The translations under genes were made by a program, and so were the position numbers. A stretch of DNA of 64,000 nt, filler included, from Streblomastix strix (lineage: Eukaryota): NCBI GenBank assembly GCA_008636045.1. It is 4 parts of 4 records of this genome, joined end to end, with 100 filler letters (N's around TTAATTAATTAA, not from the genome) between each part and the next. Parts side by side here need not be neighbours in the genome. Positions count along the whole stretch, not along the records: positions 32,082 to 48,003 come from SNRW01000906.1; positions 48,104 to 64,000 come from SNRW01000911.1; 2 more parts are not named here. One strand, 5' to 3'. This document shows, one piece after another, positions 43,436 through 56,900 of the stretch. Numbering within the stretch: position 1 is the first letter of the stretch; each line of letters starts with the position of its first letter. Under the pieces are notes generated by a model. It was not told the DNA's origin. It saw only the letters and a program-made list of their open reading frames with translations, and did no database searches.

Positions 43436-46400
43436 TCAATTATCTTAAAATGAGTAATCCTTAGCAGTTAATGTAAATATTTATGGGCAACAACTCTAAT
43501 CAGAAAGTACGACAGCTTTTGTATGAATTCCGGTGATCTCATTTTTTTCTATAGATAATTAACTCATCTGATGATTCTTCTAGCCCAATCTCATATTAGT
43601 GCATTTAGTTATCTTCCCTTCTTCAATACAATCGACTATCTAGTCTTTAATAATTTTGTTAGTTTTCTAATTGACTCCTTTCAATTTAATTTTTGAATTA
43701 GAGCAATAGTTAGTTTCTATCATGTAATTTTTAAGAGCTAGCGCATACATAGCGGTTCCTTGTCGTTCGATTGCTAATCCGAGGATTTTCTTCTCATCAT
43801 AAACGTCTGACTTAATTGTAGGAAAGAAGTATTTAGCATTATCGTTATAAAAATCTCGATCGTTAATTACAACATTAAATTACTAAGTAAAATCTTCATT
43901 AAAATTACCACTAACTGCCCAATAAGCCGAATCAGTATCTCCTTCAATAAAATTGATTCGATTAATATCTAGACACTTGTACATGAAGTTATATATGAAA
44001 TTTAAATATCAATATTTAGCATTATCCAATACAAAGAAAGCTACCTATAAAGGCGTTTTACAACTACATTGCTATGGATTCATTTATACAATATAGCTGT
44101 CCTCAGATATCTGTTGTTCGTCAATGAATGCATTTGATTTTACAGCTCTTTCTGTTTACTTTCTATTCATTATTTTAACTGTATGATATTTTTCTGTATT
44201 CATTCCATCACTCCCATAAGAGCTGTTCATAATTATCTTAAAGAATTATTCTTATCCATTATTCTCGTCTAATTTTGCTTCAATTCTATTTTTAGTAAAT
44301 TTCTTAATAAATGAGTTGAATTAATCATGTTTATTAAACAGCACTATCTATCTCACATTATCAATTATAAAATGACAATCGTCAATTAAAGACGATAGAT
44401 AATATGAGCTAAAAGTCATATACTCTCCCATTGTTGATGTAAGATTAGTTAGCTTTCTTTATTTTTGGTCAGTCTTAATCTTATTATCTTTCATATGATT
44501 ATACATATAACTGCCGATAGTTCTATCATCAGTTGTAAATTCATAATTTCTTAGGATAGGTGGAAAGTTAATATAATCGTTCAAGTAATTCTCCTAAATA
44601 TGTCCTTTAACTTCTGCAACGAATAATTAGCCATCAGCTATAAATCTTTTTTTGCTACTAATTATTCGAAGTATAGTTTATTTTGAATGATCATTATCTC
44701 TCATAACCTAACCGATTTATGATCCACACATACACATTTTTCCATTAGTATACTTAATAAATTTATGCGGCTCTGATGACATAACGCTAGGATGTAAGGA
44801 ATTAAAATCTACACCAACTACATAGATTATTCGATGATCAGTTGTAAGAGCAGTAACCTTTTTATATATTTTATCATACTATAACCGTTTAATAAAATCA
44901 ATTCCTGCTCTATTAACTCGATGCACTACATTTGAAAACCCACCTGTTATACCGGATCTGATTAAATGATATACATCTATATCTGTAAGATTAGTTGGTA
45001 AACAATGAATCATACAATATTTTCGTAATTATATGAATAATTTACCTATATTTTTGTCTTTGTTAGAGCAGAAGCAATTGCAATATAAACAGCAAGGCTA
45101 AACATTATCTTTCGAATGACCCTTTGAATTATCGATTCGGTCTAATGTAGGCTTATTATTTACAGTGAAATTACACCCACAAATGCTGCAGTTAGAATCT
45201 TTGAATAATTGTTTGAAATAACCGAAATCGCTATCTTAAACGTTATTTATTGTATCTCTTCTTTAATGATTATCTTACGATAGATATCCTTTCACATTAC
45301 TCTACCAATATTGCTCTATTAAGTAAAATTTCTATGACTAATCTTCAAAATTAGGATATACACCATTAATATCAAAATCATCATATGCTTTAGCGTATTT
45401 GATAGCATTAGAGCATGCTGCCATACTCATAAAACTAAACATATCAATCTTATATTTAAATTGTAAGCTAATGAGAGTCATTAAAGGCTTGATCATTATA
45501 TAAGTATCTTATTCGTTGTAAAATTATATGTAATCCCATCTATTTTTAAATCGTTTTGCGTCTTCTAGATAAATCTAATAATCCTTCTAGCTAATTTTAG
45601 TCTTCTTTAATGATGAGTTGAAATCCTTCATCGTAAACGGTTCTGATTTGCTTAGTACTTCATTAACGTTATCGGTGCTGAAAGCTTCATAAGGAAATAA
45701 GCCTTTTTTATCATCATATCCATCACCAAAATCCTTAGCCGCTTATTTTAGTTCCATAGGTTAAAGATATGTTAACATGTCAACAAACTTCACCTTCAAA
45801 TTCATTTTCTTATGATGTGCAATTACTTGTTTTGCTTATGTTGGACTACCAATATAATTACTAATTGTCCAATCTTTACATTACATCTATTATATAATTA
45901 ATGATATATCAAATCTTGAGCTATTGAATCCTACAATTGGCACTTCCATTTAATAAAGTATTGTTTCATCAATCGTACAGGCTTCTGTTATATACTAGTT
46001 GTCAGCATTAACCTATTCAGCTTCTATAAACAATTAATTTAACCACTAGACTATAAAATCATCTCCATCTTACTAGCTAAAGAAGATTTTCTTAATACCT
46101 TATTTGTTACGAATAGTTGATGCAACTGATAAAGGAAATAGCTCGTACATTTAATAGCTTGATTTACTGAACTTTTTATTAACGATTTTAGGTACTGTTT
46201 CAAGATCGTAAATGATGAAATATTGTGTGGGTTTAAACTCATGCTATCTTCCATTTGCCAATAGATACTGATAAGTTTTGTTCTGCATAATGTGTGGGAC
46301 AAACGGTTTTTATATATAATCCATTTTAACTTTCTTAACTATTTTTCCTTCGTTATTTTCACATTTAATAATGTGTTTCTCATAGTCTCTAGAGTAATTT

Positions 46401-48003
46401 TTATCTTTAGGATCGAATGCTTTTGAATTACAATGTGGACAAAATTTCAGTCCAGTTAGTACTTGTTTATTAGCTATAGCCAAAGCATGTGATATCTTTT
46501 TCCCTTCCCATTCAGATTCAACAACTAATATATCAATTGTTTTGATGTCTTCATTTTCATTTTCACATTAATACATAACTTATAATCCTCTATAATAATT
46601 CTTATGTTCGTTATCGTAGTAATAAATGTCTTAGTTAATTTTTAACTTTTATGATACTATGTTAACGTATTTAGTTATATCTAGTCCTTCAAATGTCTTC
46701 AGTAAATCAGTCATTTTTCTATTCTTTGAATCGAATGGTAGATCTAATACTTAAACTAATAGTTGCTTGCTAATTCTAATAATTTCATCAGGATAATAAC
46801 GTTTCTCTTTTGTGTCCGGATGTAATTCTTTAGCAACTGCTTCCATATAACAGTTGTTATTATTTCCAGTATTTTTATATAGTACATTTTTGCGACCATT
46901 ACAATGAAAATCGATTAACTCTTTCACACTTGCTCCGACAATTTACGGTTAAAGATTATATGTTTTGATTAGCATGGAGTATATAGCTATGTAACGTTAC
47001 CTCGTACTATCTAATGTATAATTCTACATGTTTATTATCTCAGATTTAATGTATTATTAATACTCACTAATATTTTCTTCAAATTATATAACTTTTCGAG
47101 CATGTTCTTATATTCGTGTATCTCTAGATAATATATATTCATAATCAACAAAAACTTAATCATTCTAATCAGATTTAAATTCTTCGTAAATGACTCCAAA
47201 AATGAGTTGAATCTTGAAAGCCATATGGTGCTATTCTTCATAAACTTAATCAACAAACTCTTCGATATCGGATAATGATTAGATAACATTATTATAGTGT
47301 AACTCGCTAAGTTATCCATTATCTTCTGTTTTTTCTATTGTACATTCACGAGCAAATCCTTATTTCGCTTCATAAATGGTAGCAATAAATTGTTCCATAT
47401 TCTCAGGTAGATAATATAATAGAGTGCCTGCATCATTATCGAGTTCTCTAACTTTATATCCATTAAACTAATTAATCCTATCATTAATCTCTTTATTTTA
47501 TTTGAGAGTTATTAAATATTGTAGATTCGCTTCTTATTCTTCTTCCATAATTCGTTAGGCTAATTCTTGTTCTCTGATAATTAAATCAGTCAAATAATCA
47601 TTAGCATATTGTTATTCTTATTCTCTACGATATTCTTATAAATCTTATTCATATTAATTTGAATTGTAATGTGATAATTCTTAATGCAATTATCGATTCT
47701 ATTCTTATAAATCATCATAGTAAATATCAGCTTACTGTTACAATTATTCCCTACGATATTACTATAAATCTTAATCATATTGATTCTATTTGAAATGACT
47801 AATCATATCTTTTGCTTTAACGATTTACGTGTTGTATTAATGAATCTATTTTAGATGTGACTTCAAATTATTGTAGTTATGACTTCCTCGTTTCTTATTA
47901 TTAATTCTGTCTAGATAATCATGGAGTTAATTATTAAGTTATTTAAGTTTTAATGATTCACGTATAGTGTTATTATTACTTTGGAGTAGTTGAATTAGCT
48001 CCG
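43436..48003 (-). CDS. Protein-primed family B DNA polymerase polyprotein (5' cut by contig end; internal TGA)
   Basis: ExoI YDLET, ExoII GFNSSRFD, ExoIII YNEQD, and polymerase motifs DFNSLHPS, KIIMNSSYG and EGDTDS. In-frame TGA at 44009-44011. Confidence 0.92.
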
Positions 48004-48103
48004 NNNNNNNNNNNNNNNNNNNNNNNNNNNNNNNNNNNNNNNNNNNNTTAATTAATTAANNNNNNNNNNNNNNNNNNNNNNNNNNNNNNNNNNNNNNNNN
48101 NNN
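48004..48103. other. Artificial contig linker
   Basis: N44-TTAATTAATTAA-N44. Confidence 0.98.
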
Positions 48104-48461
48104 CTGTATTCTGGCCTGGAGACATTGTGAAGTTCGATATAAATGCTTCTTTGGAGATTGGTGTTGGATATGATGGCAAATAAAGTGTTCCATATAATAA
48201 TGGAAGATAGAATAGTAGAAGTGCTTATAAAGGACCCATGGCTTGGTCTAGTGTTCCGAATGATAAACAGAAGGAAGGAATTGTGACTCATATTAATAAT
48301 GATGGGGTTTGTTATGTACTTATTTAGCACTTAATAATTTCTCTGAATATTAATTCTGCATTTTATTTTAGATGATTATTCTGACGCCAGATGGAAAACA
48401 CCATCTTTTCCCTATACAATTGCTTCGTACACGACAACCGTTAATAAAACTTTCTTATTGA
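48104..48461 (+). CDS. 3' end of an unidentified host gene
   Basis: Frame VFWPGDIVKF...EGIVTHINNDG, a short intron, then ...LIKLSY and TGA. Confidence 0.4.
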
Positions 48462-48820
48462 TTTCAAAGAAAGATAATTTATTTTTTTAATACTATTAAT
48501 TATAATAATGACTAATTTTAATATGAGAACAAGGAAAAAAATTTGAAAAATTAAACGCCTCAAGTAACGGACGCCCAAGGTATTTTACTTATTACTTGAA
48601 TATGTAAACCAATGTTCACAAGTTTTTTACTGGCATTGATATTATATATCAAAGTAATATTTATTGGCTGCCATGAAATTTTATTCTGAATAAAATTTTG
48701 ATTTTTTCCCTATTATTTTCATTATAATTTTTGATTTTGAATTTATTAATTATTATTATATTTATTATTTTATTCATTTTCTACATTTATAATTGAAAAT
48801 ATCTATTTTAACGCAGGAAT

Positions 48821-50267
48821 ATGACCTAAACGCCAACCACGCAAACTACCAATGAAAACTACACCAAGGAAGAGCTTGTGACTATGGTTATTTTTTATTT
48901 GTTTAATTTTATCAAAATTGTCTATATATTTATTCCTAATTTTGTTTTTTAGGCTCAGAAGAAGAAAGGGGACAAAAATGATGATCTTGACTTACTTGAA
49001 AGGAGAAAGTAACACCATGAAAAGCAGAAAATGCTAGAAGATGAGAAAGTATACTAAATAAATCTTTATTACATTTCATTTTTATTTAATAACTCGCAGA
49101 AAGAATGCAACGAGAGACTTCAAGCGTTATAAGCAAAAAGAGCATATTTGGAAGAGGAAGTATGGCGTATTATTACTTTTATTTAATAATTTAATTCATG
49201 TTTCTTGAATAATATTTATTAAGAAATCAAAATTCAAGTAACAGCAGGCCGAGTACTCAGCCATCACAGCACAACGAAGCAAACTTGCCCAAGAATCAGA
49301 GAAGACAAAAGGTGAAATAACCCGATCTTAGAGGAAACAAAAAGAAGCTGAGATTAAAACGAAAACAGCTGAATTGCATCACTTAACTCTTGAAAGAGAT
49401 GCATTAGCTGCAGGAGTAGAGAGATACAAGGCTTATAAGGACTTCCTTGAGTAAGTTGAGGAGAAAAGTTCAGAAGCATCAACAATAGATGAGATAATGA
49501 ATAGATTTACTACACTCACAAGAACATATTTGAGTATTCGCGAGGAGATTGAATAATAACGTCAGTAGAAAGATGATATTTAAGACAAGCATCAGGAATT
49601 CGTTAAGGTTTGAAGAATAGATTACAAAATTTTATTTGATTATTATTTATCACTTCATCTTCTACTCTAAAATCCTATAGGATAACCATGTAATATATAT
49701 GTAGTTGAGTAGTTAAATGGAATAGAAGTAGAATGAATTAAAAGACTTACGTATGGAACTGAAGAAGAAAGAAGGACTTCTTTATTCACTTGATGATTAG
49801 GCAGTGTTGTAGAAGGAGATAAAAGCATAACTATCAATGGCTATACGCAACTTATATCAACAATTGAAGATTAGTATGGGTCAGATATTCCGTCCTCGTA
49901 AAGCTGCATTAGCACAAACAGAAAAAGTTGTAAATTAAACAGTATAGAGTGGAGATAAGACAACTGGATCAACATCCATAGCTGCATAAATTAGGAAGGA
50001 TAAGGCTGCATCTACTTAAGGAGGATCTTCAGATTCAATGAATGAACCCGGATTAACTTTGGAAGTTATGCTCCACGATCTTCAGCTACAAATGGAGGAT
50101 ATGCAATGTATGCATATTTATTCGGCTTTAAAAAATATATTTCACTATTTTTTTCATTTTCTGCAAATTTTAATTAATGGAATTTAGTTATAATTGAGCG
50201 ATGGAATGCTGCAGATACTGATGCAAAAGGCAGTGGAAAAAAGGGCCTTGACTCTACCGACAATTGA
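48821..50267 (+). CDS. CCDC42/CFAP73-like (DUF4200) flagellar coiled-coil protein, multi-exon
   Basis: Coiled coil with RYKAYKDFLEQV..IDEIMNRFTTL and MAIRNLYQ. Confidence 0.6.
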
Positions 50268-50612
50268 GTAAAATTCATTTCATCATTCCAAATACACACC
50301 TCGCTATATTTTTGCCTTAATTTTAGAAAATTGAGATATATATTATTTTATTGACCAAGAAAAACGAAATGTTTTCTAATAAGCTTAGATCTTCATTGCC
50401 ATTGTACACAAACTTTTTAAAAGTTAAAATAATTAACTAATTAAATTTTTAAATGTAAATAAGACCATTTTAAACAACATTTTCATTTTATGAACACTCA
50501 AAACATTGATTGCAAAAATTGATTTTAAATTGCATTTTTCTCCAAAAATTACATGTATTCTACTATTAATACGTATTTAATAAATATATTTTCAGATACT
50601 TGATCATTTTTC

Positions 50613-53600
50613 ATGAAAATCAAAGCAATTTCACGCATTAAGCCAAAGGTCAACACAATTCAGCGAAATCTCGACCCACTTATCCATCCGTTCGCTAAAG
50701 CACGGGAAGCATAACGTGCTGTTGTGGCTGCTAAGACAGACCGTATATTTGCACAACCATTTGTCTGTATGTTATAATTTTAATATAATATATAGACTTT
50801 TTGTAACTTAAAAAAATATTTTAAATTTGGATGAGAGTTTTTTTTCAAAATTTTACATTTTATTTTTATATAATAGATGCATTTTCTGGTCATTCTGATG
50901 GTGTATGGAGCATTTAAAGGCATCCTAAGAGATTAAATTGTATATTTTCAGGGGGATGCGATGGAGGTAAAAATAATTGAATTCATTTTTTATATTTCTC
51001 ATTAATCAAAATTCAATATTCATTTTAGAGATTAAAGTCTGGAATACAGCAAATAGGTGTGAAATCGCCTCTATTCATGCTCACAATGGGTTTGTGCGTG
51101 GTATGTCACTCCCAGGAGATGGAAGGACGCTCATCACTTGTTCAGAAGACAAGACAATCAAGATCTGGAATTCATAACCATGGGTATAGAGTGATAGAAT
51201 GGATGGGTCAATATCTGCACTATTGTATAGAATGAATGAAGAATAGGATAGGAAGAATTAAGGAGAAGTGCTAGGTGATGGATCTGAAGGATTGCGTTCA
51301 TTTGGGATTGGAATGAATGAAGAAGATGAAGATGAAGATGCATTAATCGATAATGAGGATGATGAAGATGAAGAAGATGATGATGAAGATGATATCAATA
51401 TAAATGAAAATAAAAATATAGATCTGTTGAAAATAAATAAGAGAGCAATGATTATGGATGAAGAAGATGAAGATGACAAAAGTAATTCTGATGATGAGGA
51501 AGATGAAGATGATGATGAAGATTAAAAGTTGAAATAATCTCAAGTTAGACAATAGAGCTAATCAAAATTGAAAGTCAAAAAACAATAATCTTCGATGAAT
51601 AAAGATAAAAAACCAATTAAACAATAATAATAACATTAATTAAAATAAACAAATAACTTTTCTTCTTCTTAATAATCTTCATCTTCTTCTTCATTATCAT
51701 CTCATGCAAATGGAATAGTAGATACTCCAATTGAGACAATAGTTGGGAGGTTTTAAAGAGAATTCAAATATTTAATATAACAATATATAAACATAATATA
51801 TAAATAATTTTACTCTCTATTTAGTTATGCATATACATCTGTTGATCACAATTGGACTAATTAGACGTTCTGCAGTACAGGTTGAATTATTTACTTTAAT
51901 AACTAAAATAATTAAACTTTCTTTTATCAATTTTAATTTAATATAATTTATATAATCAGGAGCATCAGTTGATATCTGGGATTTATAACATTCAAAAGTA
52001 CCAATAAATTCTTTTGCTTGGGGAGCTGATACTTATTATTATGCTCGGTATACAAATATTATCTTATTCTCCATTTACTCTTTCTTATAATTGAATACTC
52101 TTTCTTATATTTGAATTCTCTTTCTTATATTTGAATACTCTTTCTTATTCTCTATTTACTCTTTCTTATATTTGAATACTCTTTCAGATACAATCGAGTA
52201 GAATAAAATATTTTGGCAACATGTGGAAGCGATCGAGGAATTGTATTATATGATTTGAGATCTGAAACACCAATAAGGTTTATCTTATTAACTTATATGT
52301 TTATTATCTAATATAAATGTATTTATTTATTAATAAAGGAAATTGATATTGAGGATGAAGACCAACTAACTTTGCTGGAATCCTGTTGAACCTTTCAATT
52401 ATTTGGCTGGTATTATTTCTTTATTTTATTATGTATTAACTAACTTTAAGTAATAATTAATTATTATTTATTTTATTACTTGAAGGAAATGAAGATGGAA
52501 ATGTTTATGAATTTGATATGCGAAACTTGGGTGGTATGAAAATATACATTGAGATATTAATTGAATTAAATAAAATAAATATAATTTAATCTATTAATAT
52601 TCATTTATATTTCTGAATATAACACATTTCAATCATATTTTGTGTATCACTAACATATTATAGCTTCAAGATGTGTATATAAAGACCATTTAGATTCTGT
52701 TATGTCTTTGGATATTTCACCAACTGGAAGAGAATTCTGCAGTGGTATAATAATAGTAAATAATACACTAAGAAAAGAATTATTCTTTTTTATTATTATT
52801 TAATAGGTAGTTATGATAGAACAATAAGATTATGGGATTCTTAAGCTGCTGGAATTCATACGAAATCTGCTGCTCCAATTGGTATTATTCTTATACATTA
52901 AATGTAAATGTCTTATATTAACTTATTTCTTATTGTATTCATTGTTCTAATTAATTCATTATTAGGTCGTTCAAAGGATGTTTATCATCTGAAAAGAATG
53001 CAGAGAATATTTGCTGTTACATATACTGGTATAAATACATAATAAAATGACTAATTATATCTACATAATATTTCTATATTTATTAATTACTATTAATTAA
53101 AGGTGATGGTGAATATATTCTTTCTGGATCTGATGACATGAATGTGAGGTTAATTAATAGATATTAATATTAAGAATATTATAAAGAATAAAAGAGATAA
53201 TATAACATTTAAATGATTGAATTATTTATTATATATATTTATTACTATATATTAGATTATGGAAATCGCATCCTTCACAGCCTTTATATCGATTATTAGG
53301 AAGAGAGAAGTAGAAAATAAAATATCAAGGTGCTCTTTTGCAGAAACATAAACATATGCCTGAAGTCAAGAGAATTATGATGTATATATTAATATATTAA
53401 TATTTAATATTGTTTATTTTATATTATATCTATTATATTTCTATTATATTTCAGGGCTCGTCATCTTCCATCAAATCTTTATCATTAGGTTTGAACAATA
53501 AAGGAAAATTTTATTAAATTTTATTCAATTATTTTTTCTTTCAGTTGAATAAGCGACGTATAATGGAGGCATCAAGTAGACGAAAAGCTTAGAATATTGT

Positions 53601-53729
53601 TGCAAACTCAAGAAGTATAAATATATTATTATATATTCATTTACAATAATAATATTTTATTTATCTTCAACAGGGAAAGAAAAGATTGAGCCTGAAAGAG
53701 TTGCAAATATTGTTACAGAAGAGAAATGA
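50613..53729 (+). CDS. DCAF13: DCAF13/SOF1 U3 snoRNP WD40 protein, multi-exon
   Basis: MKIKAISR, RNLDPLIHPFAKARE, WGADT, SPTGREF, YHLKRMQRIF, SGSDDMNVRLWK and RHLP. Confidence 0.93.
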
Positions 53730-53905
53730 GAATATGAATCATATGACGGAAGGACTTAATAATTGAGTTTCATTTCATTTTTTATTTTTCTTCATTTCAT
53801 TTTTAATTCATAATGAATAATACTTAAGAGCGAAAATGTTTTATGTATTTATTTTATATGAATATTATTTATTTTATATGAACTATTAAAACTACTTCAA
53901 CTTCA

Positions 53906-56900
53906 TCATATCCCATATGTTACATATATAGTCTTCTTCCTCGTTGCACTTCTGTGAAGAGCATCCAACAATTCACGAGATGGATTCACCCAATCAATTC
54001 CAATATATTAATCTTTTATTTCTTATGACTTGTCTTCATTCTCAAATCCAATCACTACTTTCTTCAGACCAGATGAAGATATGTAGTTTATTACTGCTGC
54101 ATCCTTCTAAGATGATTCTTTTACACCAAATGCCCAAATTGCATTCACTTCTTGATGGGATGCTAGGGTTGAAAGAAGAACAGATTGTGTTCCTGAATAA
54201 TAGATAAGAAGTATGAATAATAAATAAGAAGAATGAATATAATAAAATAAGAAGAAATAATAATAAATGAATAATAGACATTCTTAATTAATATATTAAA
54301 TACCAGTCACAATATTCACAGTACCAGAAGGAACATCACTTGTTTCAATAATCTAATACATATCAGTGGCGAGTAATGAATATTGTTCAGATGGAATAAT
54401 AATGATTGAATTCCCAAATGAAAGAGAATACGAAAGAAGAAATGAAAATGAAAGAAAAGAATAAGAAGAAGAATTTGGCGTTGTTATTCCTGATTAATTA
54501 AATAGAAACAATTATAACGATTATAACAAATGGGGAAAATGTGTGAATATGAGAAATGATATATTTATACGAAAGAATAATTATATTTCTGGTTATTAAT
54601 TTATACCAATAACTCCAACTGGATTCTCTCTTGTTGTTATTTGCATATTTGAAATTGGAGATTCAAGAACCTAACATCAAAATAAATAAATATTATAATA
54701 AAATGAATTACAATAAAATCTATTCACTTTTCTCTTTTATTTTCTATTATTTAATTAATACCTTTCCTTTGCTATTTCCTGAACAGCATTATGAAGCAGC
54801 ATTGAAATATTATTGAATTGATAATTCAACTTCTTTAAGAGATTATTATGCAGATGAACTAAAATGAAATAAATAAAAATAAATAAAATAAATATTCTTT
54901 ATAATTTATTATTTTCTAAATATTTCAAATTCAATTCTTATATTAAACCCTGTCAGTTATTCAATCCTTTTTGCAAATTCTTCTTTTCTTGCAGAAAGAT
55001 TCTCTCCAATGTAATATAAAACCTTATTAAAATAAAAGTAATAATAAATAAATAATAAATAAATAATGAATAAATAATGAACAAATGATGCTATACTTGA
55101 GCACGTTAGAATCCTGTTTTTGATGCCCATTGTAAACCCTAATTTTGTAATAGCCAAATTAATTAAGATAAATAAAGAATAATATATTCTATATTATATC
55201 CATTTTCATAACAAACTGAAGTTCTGGCAGATTCAACAGCATTACGAATATCTTTCTTAGATCCTTCATATACTTATCCTACAACTATATTCTCCAATTA
55301 ATATTCTTTTTATTCTTCTTTTTCTTTCTTCTTAATTATAACTTTCTTCTTCCCATAAATTACTCTGACTTATTCTGAATCTGATCTGGCTTATTTACCA
55401 CCAATAAATAGTTTGGATGTTCTGTCAATTGAAGCTGAAATAATTCAATATAAATAAATATATATGAATGAATAGTTAATATATAATTATATATATTATA
55501 CTTCCTTTATTCTCATCTTCATCTCCAGTTAATTTATCATTTTAATAAGGAAGGATATCAGCATTTGATTTTGATCCGAATGTTTTTAATTCTTATTCAA
55601 TATTAATTGGTTAATATAATTCAGCTTCTTTTCCTAATTGATTACTATGTGCACCAAAAGATATTGTACTTGAAATACTATTGAATTTATTAATGAATAT
55701 ATAAATAAGATATTTATGATTAAATAATAGAATACCTATCACCTCCATTTCTCCCAATATCAATAACCTACTCACCAACAATTGGGACACAATTCACATA
55801 AACTTCTTTTGCTTTAATCTTCTCTACAAATTCATTCGCCAAAGATAAGTTCTCAGTCCATAAAGAGACTGACTGTGATTCCAAAGCAGATTAAGAAAGA
55901 AAAGGAGAAAAAGAAGGTGAAGATGATGAGATTAGTGAGAATAGCTCTGATAATAAACGAAATGGGAATGCAATAATAATTGGAGGGATCAATGAAGATG
56001 ATTATTATTCATTTTCATTCTTATTCAATTCATTATCTTCTCCTTCATTAATATACACTAATTTAGTAACTAATGGAGAGGCAGATGAAATATTTGTTAT
56101 TAATGTTGGTGCATATGAATTAGATATGGATTAAGATGATGATTAAGATTAAGGATTGAATTAGAAAACTTTGCCATTGGATGCTTTAATCTAAATTATA
56201 ATAGATCAATAAATAGGAAATGTAAATTATGAATAAATATTCCTATAAAATAATATAATCATACCGCTTCTAATATTTCATTTGTTTTCCCTTCATCTTC
56301 ATCTCCAAATACATCAACTGTTTTATCCAATGATTTCCCAATTCTCAATTTAGTCATTTTAACCTTCAAACTCTCAATAAAAGAACCAAAGCAACTTTCC
56401 TGAACAAATAACTTCACAATTCCCCTTCCTTTGTATTTCCTTCTATTTAAATCCTTCACTTCTTCTTTCTAATCCAATTTATTATCTCTCTTATATCCAC
56501 TAATGTTAGTAAATGCAGATTCACATATTGAATCAACTGATGAATCAAAGGCTGCAGAATCAAATACAACAAATGAAAGAGAAGAAGATGAAGAAGACGT
56601 ATTAGAAGATGGGCTTATGATGATCTCTGTATGTGTGAGATATGAATACTATTAATGATTATTATATAATATAGATAATAATAATAATAATAAATAATAG
56701 ATTAAATATAATTAATAAAAAAGTGATACTTTCTATCTGAATTTACGCGCTTTCAGAAGAGATCCCACAAATACAATCTTCTTCACATCTTTTGAACTCA
56801 AAAGATGAGTTAAACCATCAAATTCATTTCCAAATTATTCCTTCTTCTCTTTTTCTTTCTCTTTTTATATTTCATTTCCCTTCTCTAAATATGTTACAAC

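Larger units (their letters stand above)
32390..48003. mobile_element. Endogenous Polinton-like virus B (partial, decaying)
   Basis: About 15 tightly packed intronless ORFs including pPolB, a packaging ATPase, a probable capsid protein, fibres and an HNH nuclease. Termini not seen. Confidence 0.85.

Noticed and set aside
52070..52185. ~21-bp tandem repeat (ACTCTTTCTTATATTTGAAT-like)
   Set aside because: Ordinary intronic minisatellite in DCAF13.
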